Positions 48,236-57,090 of a DNA stretch of 64,000 nt are shown in pieces. Location of the stretch: positions 28,584 to 92,583 of IMG/VR virus record IMGVR_UViG_3300042922_000725. One strand, given 5' to 3'. A program made the translations under genes and the position numbers. Every line of letters starts with the position of its first letter. Positions within the stretch are counted from its first letter, which is position 1. This DNA is from a virus. The notes under the pieces were generated by a model, which worked only from the letters and a program-made list of their open reading frames with translations, searched no databases and had not been told where the DNA came from.

Positions 48236-48354
48236 CTAAATTTACATTTATTAGATTCGTTAGGCTAGAGACATATTTTAAAAAGAAAAAGGTTTATGGA
48301 AGATATTAAAGCTATTAGAAACTTATATTAATAATCAAGGAGGACATACATATT

Positions 48355-49401
48355 ATGGCTAAAATAGTAAGAGTTAAATATTTTACAGAAGAAAAGAAAA
48401 AATTAATCAGTGAATCAAATAAAAAACTTTATGATAAATACCTTAAATCAAATATAATAAAAAACAGAGAAGTTGAAGATACAACTTATGGTGTTTATAC
48501 TAATAATATGACACACTTCATGATATTTTTGGCTGAAAATTATGATAATGTTGGGCTTTACGATGAAGATTTTATAAAAAATGCAGTAGATATAATGGAA
48601 GATTACATATCTTTTTGTCAAGATACTTTGCAGAATAATAAAAAAACTATCAACAACAAAATAGCTGCGGCATCGTCGTTTTATGCATGGTCAATGAAAA
48701 GAAAATATATAGGATTTCATCCCTTTGATAAGAGACTTGACAGAATGAAAGGAGCAAAAGACGAAAAAATTATTAATTCTTATTTTTTAACAGAAGAAGA
48801 AATAAATAAAATAAAAGAAGGATTGGAAGATTCTAAGAGTTTCGATATTCAAGATAAAATATTGTTTTATTTGGCTATCGATAGTGCTAATAGAATAGGA
48901 GCATTGAGTAAGCTGACCCTTTCTAGCATGGATATAGATGAAATGGTTTTTAAAGACATAAGGGAAAAACGTGGAAAACGTGTTGAAGTGGTATTTGAAG
49001 AAAAAACTCGTGAGTTAATTGAAGATTGGCTTTATCAAAGAAAAGATAATTATGATAAAATGGAAGTTGACTCTTTATTTATAGCAAATTATAAAACATG
49101 GATACCTATGGGAAAAAGTTCTTTACAAGAAAGAATCAGAAAAATAGGAATGATTATTGGATTAGAAGATTTTCATGCTCACTGCACAAGAAAATCGGCT
49201 ATAAATTTAATAGTTGAAAAGACAGGAGATATCTCGTTAGGTGCCGAAATTGCGAATCATGAAAGTGTTGAGACAACTCGTCAAAGTTATGTTAAACCAA
49301 GGTCAAAATCTCAAACTAGAAATAAGATAAAAGAGTTAATAAAAGAGAAAGACTTGGCAAAGAAACAAATAGAAGATAATGAAAAACAAGAGGAGTTATA
49401 A
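48355..49401 (+). CDS. Tyrosine recombinase (XerC/D-like)
   Basis: Catalytic R (SANRIG), K (EKRGK), HxxR (HCTRKS), H (ANHES) and Y (RQSYVK). Confidence 0.9.
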   Translation: MAKIVRVKYFTEEKKKLISESNKKLYDKYLKSNIIKNREVEDTTYGVYTNNMTHFMIFLAENYDNVGLYDEDFIKNAVDIMEDYISFCQDTLQNNKKTINNKIAAASSFYAWSMKRKYIGFHPFDKRLDRMKGAKDEKIINSYFLTEEEINKIKEGLEDSKSFDIQDKILFYLAIDSANRIGALSKLTLSSMDIDEMVFKDIREKRGKRVEVVFEEKTRELIEDWLYQRKDNYDKMEVDSLFIANYKTWIPMGKSSLQERIRKIGMIIGLEDFHAHCTRKSAINLIVEKTGDISLGAEIANHESVETTRQSYVKPRSKSQTRNKIKELIKEKDLAKKQIEDNEKQEEL

Positions 49402-49410
49402 TCCTAACAA

Positions 49411-49587
49411 ATGCAATCCCTAATCGGTAAGAAACTTGTTACTACCGATAAACGAATTATTGAAATAACAAAAGTAATAGATGGAGTGGCTTATTTTTTA
49501 GTCTACCATCAAGATAACATAACTGATAAAAAGATAGGCTGCTGTAATGTATTAAAAATTATAAACGCCTTGAATGTAATAAAATAA
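49411..49587 (+). CDS. Hypothetical 58-aa protein (below ORF-track cutoff)
   Basis: MQSLIGKKLVTTDKRIIEITKVIDG...; fills the gap in the operon. Confidence 0.45.
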   Translation: MQSLIGKKLVTTDKRIIEITKVIDGVAYFLVYHQDNITDKKIGCCNVLKIINALNVIK

Positions 49588-49638
49588 AAATGGGAAGTGA
49601 TGATTAATAATTTAAGAGAAAGGCAGGTAAATAATAAT

Positions 49639-50193
49639 ATGGAAGAAAATTTGATGCATCAAATGAAATCTGAAATGGACGTTATGCAAAACAAGATAAA
49701 ATTTCTTGAATTGAAACTTGAGTATATGGAGAAATCAGGATTAAGGAGAGAAGAATATACTGAGTTAGTTAAGGAGATAGCAACTTTAAAAGCTTCTTTA
49801 AAAGAGATTAAGAATGATAGAGAAGAAGATAAATCGATGATTTATGCTCTTAGTGGAAAAATAGAAGACGTTGAAAAATTAATAAGACAATTTATAGCTA
49901 ATACTGCAAAAATAGAAATATCTCAACAAGATGTTGTTAAACAGGTTGATACAATGGATAAACGAGTTAATAATAAAATAGACTCATTAGAAGCAAAGAT
50001 TGAAAAATTAACTCAATTAATGACATTTAACTGGGTTGAAATGGTTAAAAATTTTATTAACTATAATTTAGTAACAAAATTGTTTTCATATTTCAGTTTT
50101 GTAAGTATTATATTTTTAATTATAGAAATGGTTTTATATTACTTAGGTATACCTATTGATATAAAAGCAATAACAAAAGCATTTAAAGGATAA
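49639..50193 (+). CDS. Coiled-coil protein with C-terminal TM helix
   Basis: About 130-aa heptad region, then LFSYFSFVSIIFLIIEMVLYYLGI. Confidence 0.7.
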   Translation: MEENLMHQMKSEMDVMQNKIKFLELKLEYMEKSGLRREEYTELVKEIATLKASLKEIKNDREEDKSMIYALSGKIEDVEKLIRQFIANTAKIEISQQDVVKQVDTMDKRVNNKIDSLEAKIEKLTQLMTFNWVEMVKNFINYNLVTKLFSYFSFVSIIFLIIEMVLYYLGIPIDIKAITKAFKG

Positions 50194-50220
50194 CAAAATA
50201 AAAAGAATGGAGAAATAAAT

Positions 50221-50676
50221 ATGCAATTTGCACTAGCATTTTTATACTTAATACTTGAGACAATATGGATAGTCTATATAACGTTAGTCTTTCTTAAGAA
50301 AGATAATATAAAATTAATAAATTTAAAAGTTCTAATTCCTATAACAGGATTTTCTTTATTAGTTAAATATCACACATCCTCATCTATGCTTATACAAATA
50401 GTTTTAGCAATATTGTTATATTCTACAATAATATGGATTCAAAATTATAAAATTAATCCATTAAAGGTTTTTGGTTTTACAATATTGTCCTTTCTAATTA
50501 TGTTTGGTATAGAGTTATGTGTAACAAAAATAATATTTGACTTATTACATATTAATGCTTTTTTAATAAAAAATAATGTTGTTTTACATTTTATTATTAA
50601 TTTACCAATTAAGAGTATAATGTATACAATATTATATATAAATTACAATAAAAGGAGGATTGCAAACTATGTTTAG
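50221..50676 (+). CDS. Stand-alone AgrC-type membrane sensor domain (no kinase)
   Basis: About 5 TM helices with ILET.. and ..IE.. patterns typical of AgrC/VirS N-termini; overlaps the agrD start. Confidence 0.55.
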   Translation: MQFALAFLYLILETIWIVYITLVFLKKDNIKLINLKVLIPITGFSLLVKYHTSSSMLIQIVLAILLYSTIIWIQNYKINPLKVFGFTILSFLIMFGIELCVTKIIFDLLHINAFLIKNNVVLHFIINLPIKSIMYTILYINYNKRRIANYV

Positions 50677-50776
50677 AAAATTATTATCTTTAACAGCATT
50701 CGTATTCGTTGGTGTTGGAACAATGGTTGGAATGTGTTGGTTTGTGGGTTATCAAGAAGAAGCTCCAAAGCTTTAA
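50669..50776 (+). CDS. agrD: AgrD-like cyclic peptide precursor (35 aa)
   Basis: MFRKLLSLTAFVFVGVGTMVGM-CWFVG-YQEEAPKL; aggagg RBS; directly upstream of agrB; not in the ORF track. Confidence 0.85.
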   Translation: MFRKLLSLTAFVFVGVGTMVGMCWFVGYQEEAPKL

Positions 50777-50794
50777 TAGGATAAAACAAAACTA

Positions 50795-51382
50795 ATGATT
50801 ATAAAAATTGCAGAACATTATGCTAGATTACTTGTTGAAAAATCTAGCGAAACAGAAAGAGAGTATCAGATATATAGATACTCTCTTATATTTTATATCA
50901 GTACAATATTCCAACTAACATTGATATTTTCTATGACCTATTTACTAGGCTTATTTTTATATGCACTACCTATTGTTTTAATGTACATTCCTCTAAGAGC
51001 TATTGCCGGAGGATATCATCATAAATATTTAGGTAATTGCACCTTATTTTCCATGATTGAAATAATATTGTTCTCATATTTAGCTAAATCACAGTATTTA
51101 AACAATGCAATCTCGATAGCTTTTATTTGTATTTTTATGATAGTAACTATTATAACATCTATGCCAAAAGACAATATTTATTTAAAACCAACAAATAGAA
51201 ATAAAAAAATTGTAAAGAAGTTATATATCATAGTTTTAATTTTAATGACTGTATTAGTGATAGTATTTCCTAATTTACAATCATTTTTATTAGCTGCTAT
51301 TACATATTCGTGTTTACAATGTAGTAACCCTTATTATGTTATTAATATATGGGTAGATAAAAAAATAAAAATTGAATTATAA
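50795..51382 (+). CDS. agrB: AgrB-family peptide-processing membrane protease
   Basis: YQIYRYSL; PLRAIAGGYH.....NC (catalytic His/Cys); PKD...KP. Confidence 0.9.
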   Translation: MIIKIAEHYARLLVEKSSETEREYQIYRYSLIFYISTIFQLTLIFSMTYLLGLFLYALPIVLMYIPLRAIAGGYHHKYLGNCTLFSMIEIILFSYLAKSQYLNNAISIAFICIFMIVTIITSMPKDNIYLKPTNRNKKIVKKLYIIVLILMTVLVIVFPNLQSFLLAAITYSCLQCSNPYYVINIWVDKKIKIEL

Positions 51383-51451
51383 AGAATAAAGGAGCAGTCA
51401 TTCCATAGCACTGATGCATCTAGATACCATAAAAATCATGCCCTTATATAT

Positions 51452-51480
51452 ACAATAACATATTATTTAAAAACTGTCAA
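51452..51480 (-). promoter_or_regulatory. Sigma-A promoter pointing antisense toward agrB
   Basis: Minus-strand TTGACA(51480-51475)-17-TATTGT with TG extension. Confidence 0.5.
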
Positions 51481-51534
51481 ATACTTTCACAAAGAAAATT
51501 AAAAATTATTTGAAAATTTGTTAAGGAGTATAAT

Positions 51535-51693
51535 ATGTTAATAGAATTAGAAAAGATAATTGATAAATTACAAAATCACGTAGATTCTACAGACCTTAAT
51601 TGGTTTAATGACAGTACATTAATAGAATCTAAAATAGAAAAAGATACATATAGAAAAATAATAAGAGAATTAAAAGAACTTAAAGTTCAGTGA
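51535..51693 (+). CDS. Hypothetical 52-aa protein
   Basis: aaggag RBS; terminator at 51704-51727 follows. Confidence 0.5.
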   Translation: MLIELEKIIDKLQNHVDSTDLNWFNDSTLIESKIEKDTYRKIIRELKELKVQ

Positions 51694-51765
51694 ATAAAGT
51701 TATAGGCGCATTTCGGTGTGCCTTTTTATGTTGAATATAATAATCTTAATTGATAAGGAGATAAA

Positions 51766-52215
51766 TTGATGGCTAGATTTTTTAGTAAGAAGGTAGAGTT
51801 ACCAAATGGTGACGTGTTCGATAGTCAAACTGAATATGAATGGTGGAAATTACTTTTAGAAAAACAAAAACAAGGGTTAATAAGCAATTTGCAAAAACAA
51901 GTTCCCTTTCTTTTACAAGAAGCCTTTAAAACTAAAGATGGTAAAAGTATTAGAAAGATGGAATATATCGCTGATTTTACATATATAGAAAATGGCGAAT
52001 TACATATTACTGACAGCAAAGGAGCAATGGCTTGTATTGAAGAAACTTTTAAAATCAAGTGGAAATTAATGAAATATAAATATCCTGATTATAATTATCA
52101 CATCATAATTATAGATAAAACAAAAAAATGGATTGACCTTGAAAACAAAGAAGAAGTAAAAGCAATGAAAGAACGGGAAAAATCAATTCCAAAGAAAACT
52201 AAGAAAAAGAAATAA
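51766..52215 (+). CDS. DUF1064-family PD-(D/E)XK nuclease-like protein
   Basis: FDS..E, I.NL..QV.F.LQ, Y.ADF.Y, D.KG, FKIK.KL. Confidence 0.85.
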   Translation: MMARFFSKKVELPNGDVFDSQTEYEWWKLLLEKQKQGLISNLQKQVPFLLQEAFKTKDGKSIRKMEYIADFTYIENGELHITDSKGAMACIEETFKIKWKLMKYKYPDYNYHIIIIDKTKKWIDLENKEEVKAMKEREKSIPKKTKKKK

Positions 52216-52230
52216 CACAATATAATATTA

Positions 52231-52300
52231 ATAAGGGAAGTCAATTATATACTAAGTAGATTAAATTCTATTTTAGTAATAATGACTTCCCTTATTTTTT
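52231..52300. terminator. Long bidirectional terminator at the strand convergence
   Basis: ataagggaagtca...tgacttcccttat followed by a T-run. Confidence 0.75.
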
Positions 52301-52576
52301 GCTTTTTATATTTACTTAATAAAACAGATATTTTATCGTGATTTTTAGCTCATTTTCTTGTGATAAGTTACAAAAAAATGCTTAAAATATCTTAATTATT
52401 TGTGACAATATACAAATTGCATTGTCAATATTTGGTTAATTTTTGCATAATGAGTGTTATTTGAATATAAATTTATAAATTATCAATAATCATTTAATTC
52501 CTACAAAGTTTAAACCTATAGAAATCATTAAACATACATATCCTAGACTTAGTAAATTCTATAAGCTTAAATTTTA

Positions 52577-53620
52577 TTACAAGGCACTCTTTAAAATGCA
52601 ATCCAATCTCCTTCCCTTTACGAAACTTTTAATTCCATATTGTACGTTCATAAAACTATTTATTACAACTGTTAAGGTAATTGCTGAAACCTCAATTGCA
52701 AAAATGTGAATAAGTATATTACTTGTTATGAATATAATAGCTCCGGCAATTCCTAATTTTAAGCTATTCGTTCTTATCATTTCATGGATTTTATCTTTTG
52801 TTTCTTTTCCATGTTTTAAATTATCAATATATAATTCATTAACTTGTAAGTTTCTGTTTAGTTCATCAACATCAATACTGTTTCTACTTAATAACCATTG
52901 AATTAAAGGATTGATGATAAACATTAAGCCACTATTTATTAATAAATTATCAGCTACTAAATTACTTAATAAGCTGCTAATAACTAAACTTGTTGTATAT
53001 GTATTTCTTCCCGAAAAACTAAGCTTATCAACTTTGCCTTTATAATGAATATCAATATCTTCTGTACTTTTTAAAATTCTGTAATTATATGTAAATAACA
53101 ATCCTATAGAAGCAAATGTTAACAAGGTAGACACTAAGCTTCCTGTAGATAATCCTATAATAATTTTTGGAATACTAAATATAAAATTAAGTAATATTGA
53201 AATTGAAATTCCGTCGATAGTTTTAAGTTTATCTAGTTTGTCAATTATAAAAGTAGTTGCTGTAGATTTTAATATGTTGAGCGATAAGGAAATAAAATAA
53301 TTAATACCATCATACCGACTTGAAACTATTAATCCTGTTATTATGCCAGTTGCAATTGATAAAGTTTTTGTATATTTTGATATTTGGATTTTATTAATGT
53401 CTGGTTTTATAGATTTAATAGTTTCTATAATACTAGAGCTGATTAAATAAGGAGTATATGATGGTATATTTTGATTTAGGCTTACTGGGAATTTATTTAT
53501 ATTATTTATTTTTAATTTATCTAAGAGTGTAATTAAAGTTTGAACTGTAGTACATTTTAGTGTTAACGTTAGTATATTGTTTATTTTATCAGTTGCTATA
53601 TTAATAGAATTTTTATTCAT
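52577..53620 (-). CDS. Divergent SecY-like preprotein translocase homologue
   Basis: Colinear SecY motifs: TPYLISSSII, ISKYTKTLSI, IDGISISILLNFIFSIP, DELNRNLQVNELYIDNLKHGKET, SAITLTVVI. Confidence 0.7.
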   Translation of the reverse strand: MNKNSINIATDKINNILTLTLKCTTVQTLITLLDKLKINNINKFPVSLNQNIPSYTPYLISSSIIETIKSIKPDINKIQISKYTKTLSIATGIITGLIVSSRYDGINYFISLSLNILKSTATTFIIDKLDKLKTIDGISISILLNFIFSIPKIIIGLSTGSLVSTLLTFASIGLLFTYNYRILKSTEDIDIHYKGKVDKLSFSGRNTYTTSLVISSLLSNLVADNLLINSGLMFIINPLIQWLLSRNSIDVDELNRNLQVNELYIDNLKHGKETKDKIHEMIRTNSLKLGIAGAIIFITSNILIHIFAIEVSAITLTVVINSFMNVQYGIKSFVKGRRLDCILKSAL

Positions 53621-53641
53621 AATATTACACTCCTGATTTAT

Positions 53642-53812
53642 TTATTTTAAAATAAAATATGTAGCCGAATAATACTTTCTCATTCCCTTATCATTAATTA
53701 TCTCAAATTGCAATCCATTATTGCTTTTATATGTATGCTCTATTTTATATCTCTTTTCTTTAGTTAAAAAATATTTAATATCAATTTTACTGGTTATATA
53801 TTGATTACTCAT
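53642..53812 (-). CDS. Hypothetical 56-aa protein
   Basis: [24 protein letters not shown]...IINDKG.RKYY; overlaps the thyX stop. Confidence 0.5.
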   Translation of the reverse strand: MSNQYITSKIDIKYFLTKEKRYKIEHTYKSNNGLQFEIINDKGMRKYYSATYFILK

Positions 53813-54638
53813 GATTGTTCTTTTCTGTTAATTGTTTTAATGTTGGATATCTTCCACATGACATATTACCTTCTTTACAGTATCCTAATTGTACACATGA
53901 AGCTCCTGCCTTTTTAAATAAGGTGGGGGCTATTTTTTTTACTTCAATCAACATTGCATAGGCTAATTCTTGTATCTCGTCTTGTGCTCTAGAACAGCAA
54001 CGATGATTGAAAAAATTTAATAAGCTTCTAGCATTCATGGTTACGATAATTTTTGTTTCACAAGCGTTAGGGAAAACATATCTTGCATTTTCTATAGCTT
54101 TCTTTTCAAATTTACTATAAAGTTTTTTATTATCACTCTTAATTTCATGTAAAGCTTGATTAATATAATCAATATTTTTAAAATCCCAATAATCTAATTT
54201 TAAATGTTCAGCTATATAATGTTTAATCAAACCTTCAACTAGACTATCATAGTCTCTTTGTGATTGTTTCATATTCTCTATGTATAACTTTCTTAATTCA
54301 GTATATCTATCTATTTCTTTAGGAATAATATATTCAAATTGATTCAATCTGACATATCTTTGACTTTGCTGAGAATAAGATGCTATCCTATGTCTAACTA
54401 GTTGATGTGAAAGGCTTCTACTAACACCTTCTATTCCAAATGTAAATGAAACGTGTTCTAAAGGTGATTCATGCCCAAGAGATATTAACATATTTACAAA
54501 TTTATCAATGTTTTCTTCGGTTAAATCTTCTCCTATTTCGTCAATTGTTGAAGCAGAATAACATAATTTCCCTGCTTGAGCTATTACCTTTTCAGGATTT
54601 GGTGTATGTTCTAATATTTTTACTTCTAATTCTACCAT
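53805..54638 (-). CDS. thyX: FAD-dependent thymidylate synthase
   Basis: GHESPLEH and the [14 protein letters not shown] signature; upstream TTGACA-17-TACTAT promoter at 54773-54745. Confidence 0.97.
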   Translation of the reverse strand: MVELEVKILEHTPNPEKVIAQAGKLCYSASTIDEIGEDLTEENIDKFVNMLISLGHESPLEHVSFTFGIEGVSRSLSHQLVRHRIASYSQQSQRYVRLNQFEYIIPKEIDRYTELRKLYIENMKQSQRDYDSLVEGLIKHYIAEHLKLDYWDFKNIDYINQALHEIKSDNKKLYSKFEKKAIENARYVFPNACETKIIVTMNARSLLNFFNHRCCSRAQDEIQELAYAMLIEVKKIAPTLFKKAGASCVQLGYCKEGNMSCGRYPTLKQLTEKNNHE

Positions 54639-54808
54639 CTAATTTCCTCGCTTTCTAAATTATATTTATCAATATTTAATTGGATATATGGTTACTAAAG
54701 TGAATTGATTGTTTTATGTATAAACCTTAGTAACCACTAATATCATAGTATCATGTTTTGAAATTCATGTCAATATAGTAGATTGAATATATTTATATTT
54801 AATTGTAT

Positions 54809-57079
54809 TTATTCGAACTTTACTTCTTTAACGCTATCATTTGTACTTCTCAAGTTCAAAATAAAGTTCCCTTGGTTTCTTACTCTGCTTTTTAGGTATT
54901 CGTATAAACACCTTGTCTCTGAATTTTTCCCAGTAGTGGCAATATCATCAAGTTTAAACTCTTTAATTTTTCCCTTTTCCGTTGTAATTGTAAAGTTAAG
55001 AATTTTACTAGGATTAATTACACAAGCCATTACTTTATTATTTTCAGATTCTCCCAAATTCATTGCTTGGTTTCCTTGACTATTTCTAGATTGCTTGCTT
55101 GATATTTCTTCTACATTGACAAGTACGCCTTTACATTCCTGTGAAATCATAAACACATCTACATCGTTTTTAATGTATTCTATATCTAATAATTTACTTT
55201 CTATAGAGTAACAATTTTGAAGTTTTTTATTTGCAGATATAAAAGATTTAATATCTACTTTGGAGATTTTACCATTTTCATAAACTGATAATATATAACC
55301 CTGTGCTTTTGTTTCATCTTCCAATGATACTAATTTAATTACTTTTTCATTTGGTTCAAGGTCTATTAGATTTGGAAGATATTCTCCTAATACAGAAGGT
55401 TTAGAATCAGAAATATCATAAGCATTAAGTTTATATCTATTGGCTTTATTGGTTATACAATATAGTGTTGATTTATTAGTTGAGTCTATTTCTTGTATGA
55501 TATTATCATTATCTTTTAATTTTTGCTCGTCGGTTCCCTTTCCTCTGAGGGATGTTAATGGGATTTTCTTAATCCAATTTTGTTCTGTGAATATTATTTT
55601 GGTGTTATAATCAGGAACGGTATCAAGTTTTGAAATATCTTCAATATTTTCATCTGTAATTATTTCTGTTTTACGCTCAACACCGTATTTCTCTTTAATA
55701 TTTTCTAGCTGAGATATTATTATATCTTCTATTTTTTGGTCAGAGCTTAAAATTTGTTGAAGTTCCATTATTTGATTTTTAATTTCGTTAACGTTTTTAA
55801 TTTTCTTTAGTATCCAGTCTTCGTTTATATTAATCAGTCTAATTGTTGAAACATATTCAGATTGTGCTTGATTTAAATTAAAGTGATTTGTTAACTTATC
55901 AATAGCTTCTTTTTCTGTTTTAGATGTTCTGATTAATTTTATTGCCATGTCTAAATCTTGATTAATCAACTCTAGCCCTAGAAGTTTGTTTAAATCTTCA
56001 TTTAATTTGTTAATATCATATGTTAATTCACCCTTTATACATGTGGTTCTATGAATCAACCATTTAATATAAATATCTTTTAAAGACATAAGCTTTGGAG
56101 TTTTTCCATCTAAATCTAATACGGTAAAGTTACATGAAAATTTTGATTCATAAGGAGTATACTTTCTTAGTTTTTGTTCAAATTGTTTTAAATCCGTATT
56201 CTTTTTTAAATAGATGTCTAACTGAATACCTTGTCTTCCATTATTGTTGTGAATATGGGTAATTTCTTTAAATAATCCTTTGTCATAGGCAGCTATAAGT
56301 TTTGTTTCAATATCTTCAATATATGCTTCATACGGAACTTCTATAATTGAAACTTTGCTTTCTTTTTCATCGTAAATATATTTACCTAATAAAGTAAAAC
56401 TTCCTCGACCTGTCTTATAAATAGTATTAAAGGTATTTTTATTATATATTATTCTACCACAAGTTCCTATGAAGTCTGGACATTGCAATATTTCTATAGC
56501 TTTATCTATATCTTTGTTTAATATAAATGATTTTAAGCTATTACATGTTTCTATTAAATTATGAGGTGGTATTTTAGACGCTTCCCCAACGGCTATACTT
56601 TGTGATATATTAGTTAGTATATTAGGGATTATTGATGGAAGTAAAATAGGTTCATCTTCTGTATTATCAAAATTTCTTTTAGTAGGAACTATGTTTTTAT
56701 TAATTCCTTCTAACATACTTTCAGAATAAGGACTTAACTTACATTCAACATATCTAGGACTCGCTCCATCATCTTCTTTCTTTCTCTTATCTCCATAGCT
56801 ACCTTTTGGTGTTAGATAAAAATAATTAAGTCCGTTGTTAGCCATGTTTTTCATAGCAGAGAATAGTGGAATATCTCCAAATATATAAAAGACCATTGCA
56901 AATGCTCCTGCTCTATGGAGCTTTATAAATTGTTTGTCACTGTTTATTTTATTAATGTGCAACGCCCAAATGACTTTTCTTTGAACTGGAAGTAAGCCAT
57001 CGATACTAGGTAAATTATTGATAAGTACGGGGCTACAAAATTCAGTAAATTCTTCTTTTAATACTTCAACTATGTCCAT
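54809..57079 (-). CDS. Type IIA DNA topoisomerase subunit A (GyrA/ParC-like)
   Basis: LP..DGL.PVQRK; ASPRY catalytic Arg-Tyr; IAVG.AS.IPPHNL; PDF; degenerate CTD. Confidence 0.92.
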   Translation of the reverse strand: MDIVEVLKEEFTEFCSPVLINNLPSIDGLLPVQRKVIWALHINKINSDKQFIKLHRAGAFAMVFYIFGDIPLFSAMKNMANNGLNYFYLTPKGSYGDKRKKEDDGASPRYVECKLSPYSESMLEGINKNIVPTKRNFDNTEDEPILLPSIIPNILTNISQSIAVGEASKIPPHNLIETCNSLKSFILNKDIDKAIEILQCPDFIGTCGRIIYNKNTFNTIYKTGRGSFTLLGKYIYDEKESKVSIIEVPYEAYIEDIETKLIAAYDKGLFKEITHIHNNNGRQGIQLDIYLKKNTDLKQFEQKLRKYTPYESKFSCNFTVLDLDGKTPKLMSLKDIYIKWLIHRTTCIKGELTYDINKLNEDLNKLLGLELINQDLDMAIKLIRTSKTEKEAIDKLTNHFNLNQAQSEYVSTIRLININEDWILKKIKNVNEIKNQIMELQQILSSDQKIEDIIISQLENIKEKYGVERKTEIITDENIEDISKLDTVPDYNTKIIFTEQNWIKKIPLTSLRGKGTDEQKLKDNDNIIQEIDSTNKSTLYCITNKANRYKLNAYDISDSKPSVLGEYLPNLIDLEPNEKVIKLVSLEDETKAQGYILSVYENGKISKVDIKSFISANKKLQNCYSIESKLLDIEYIKNDVDVFMISQECKGVLVNVEEISSKQSRNSQGNQAMNLGESENNKVMACVINPSKILNFTITTEKGKIKEFKLDDIATTGKNSETRCLYEYLKSRVRNQGNFILNLRSTNDSVKEVKFE

Positions 57080-57090
57080 AAAATCTCCTT

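Noticed and set aside
48355-49401. Recombinase as the prophage integrase marking an att boundary
   Set aside because: Phage genes continue on both sides and no host junction is visible; SPbeta-like phages carry additional internal tyrosine recombinases
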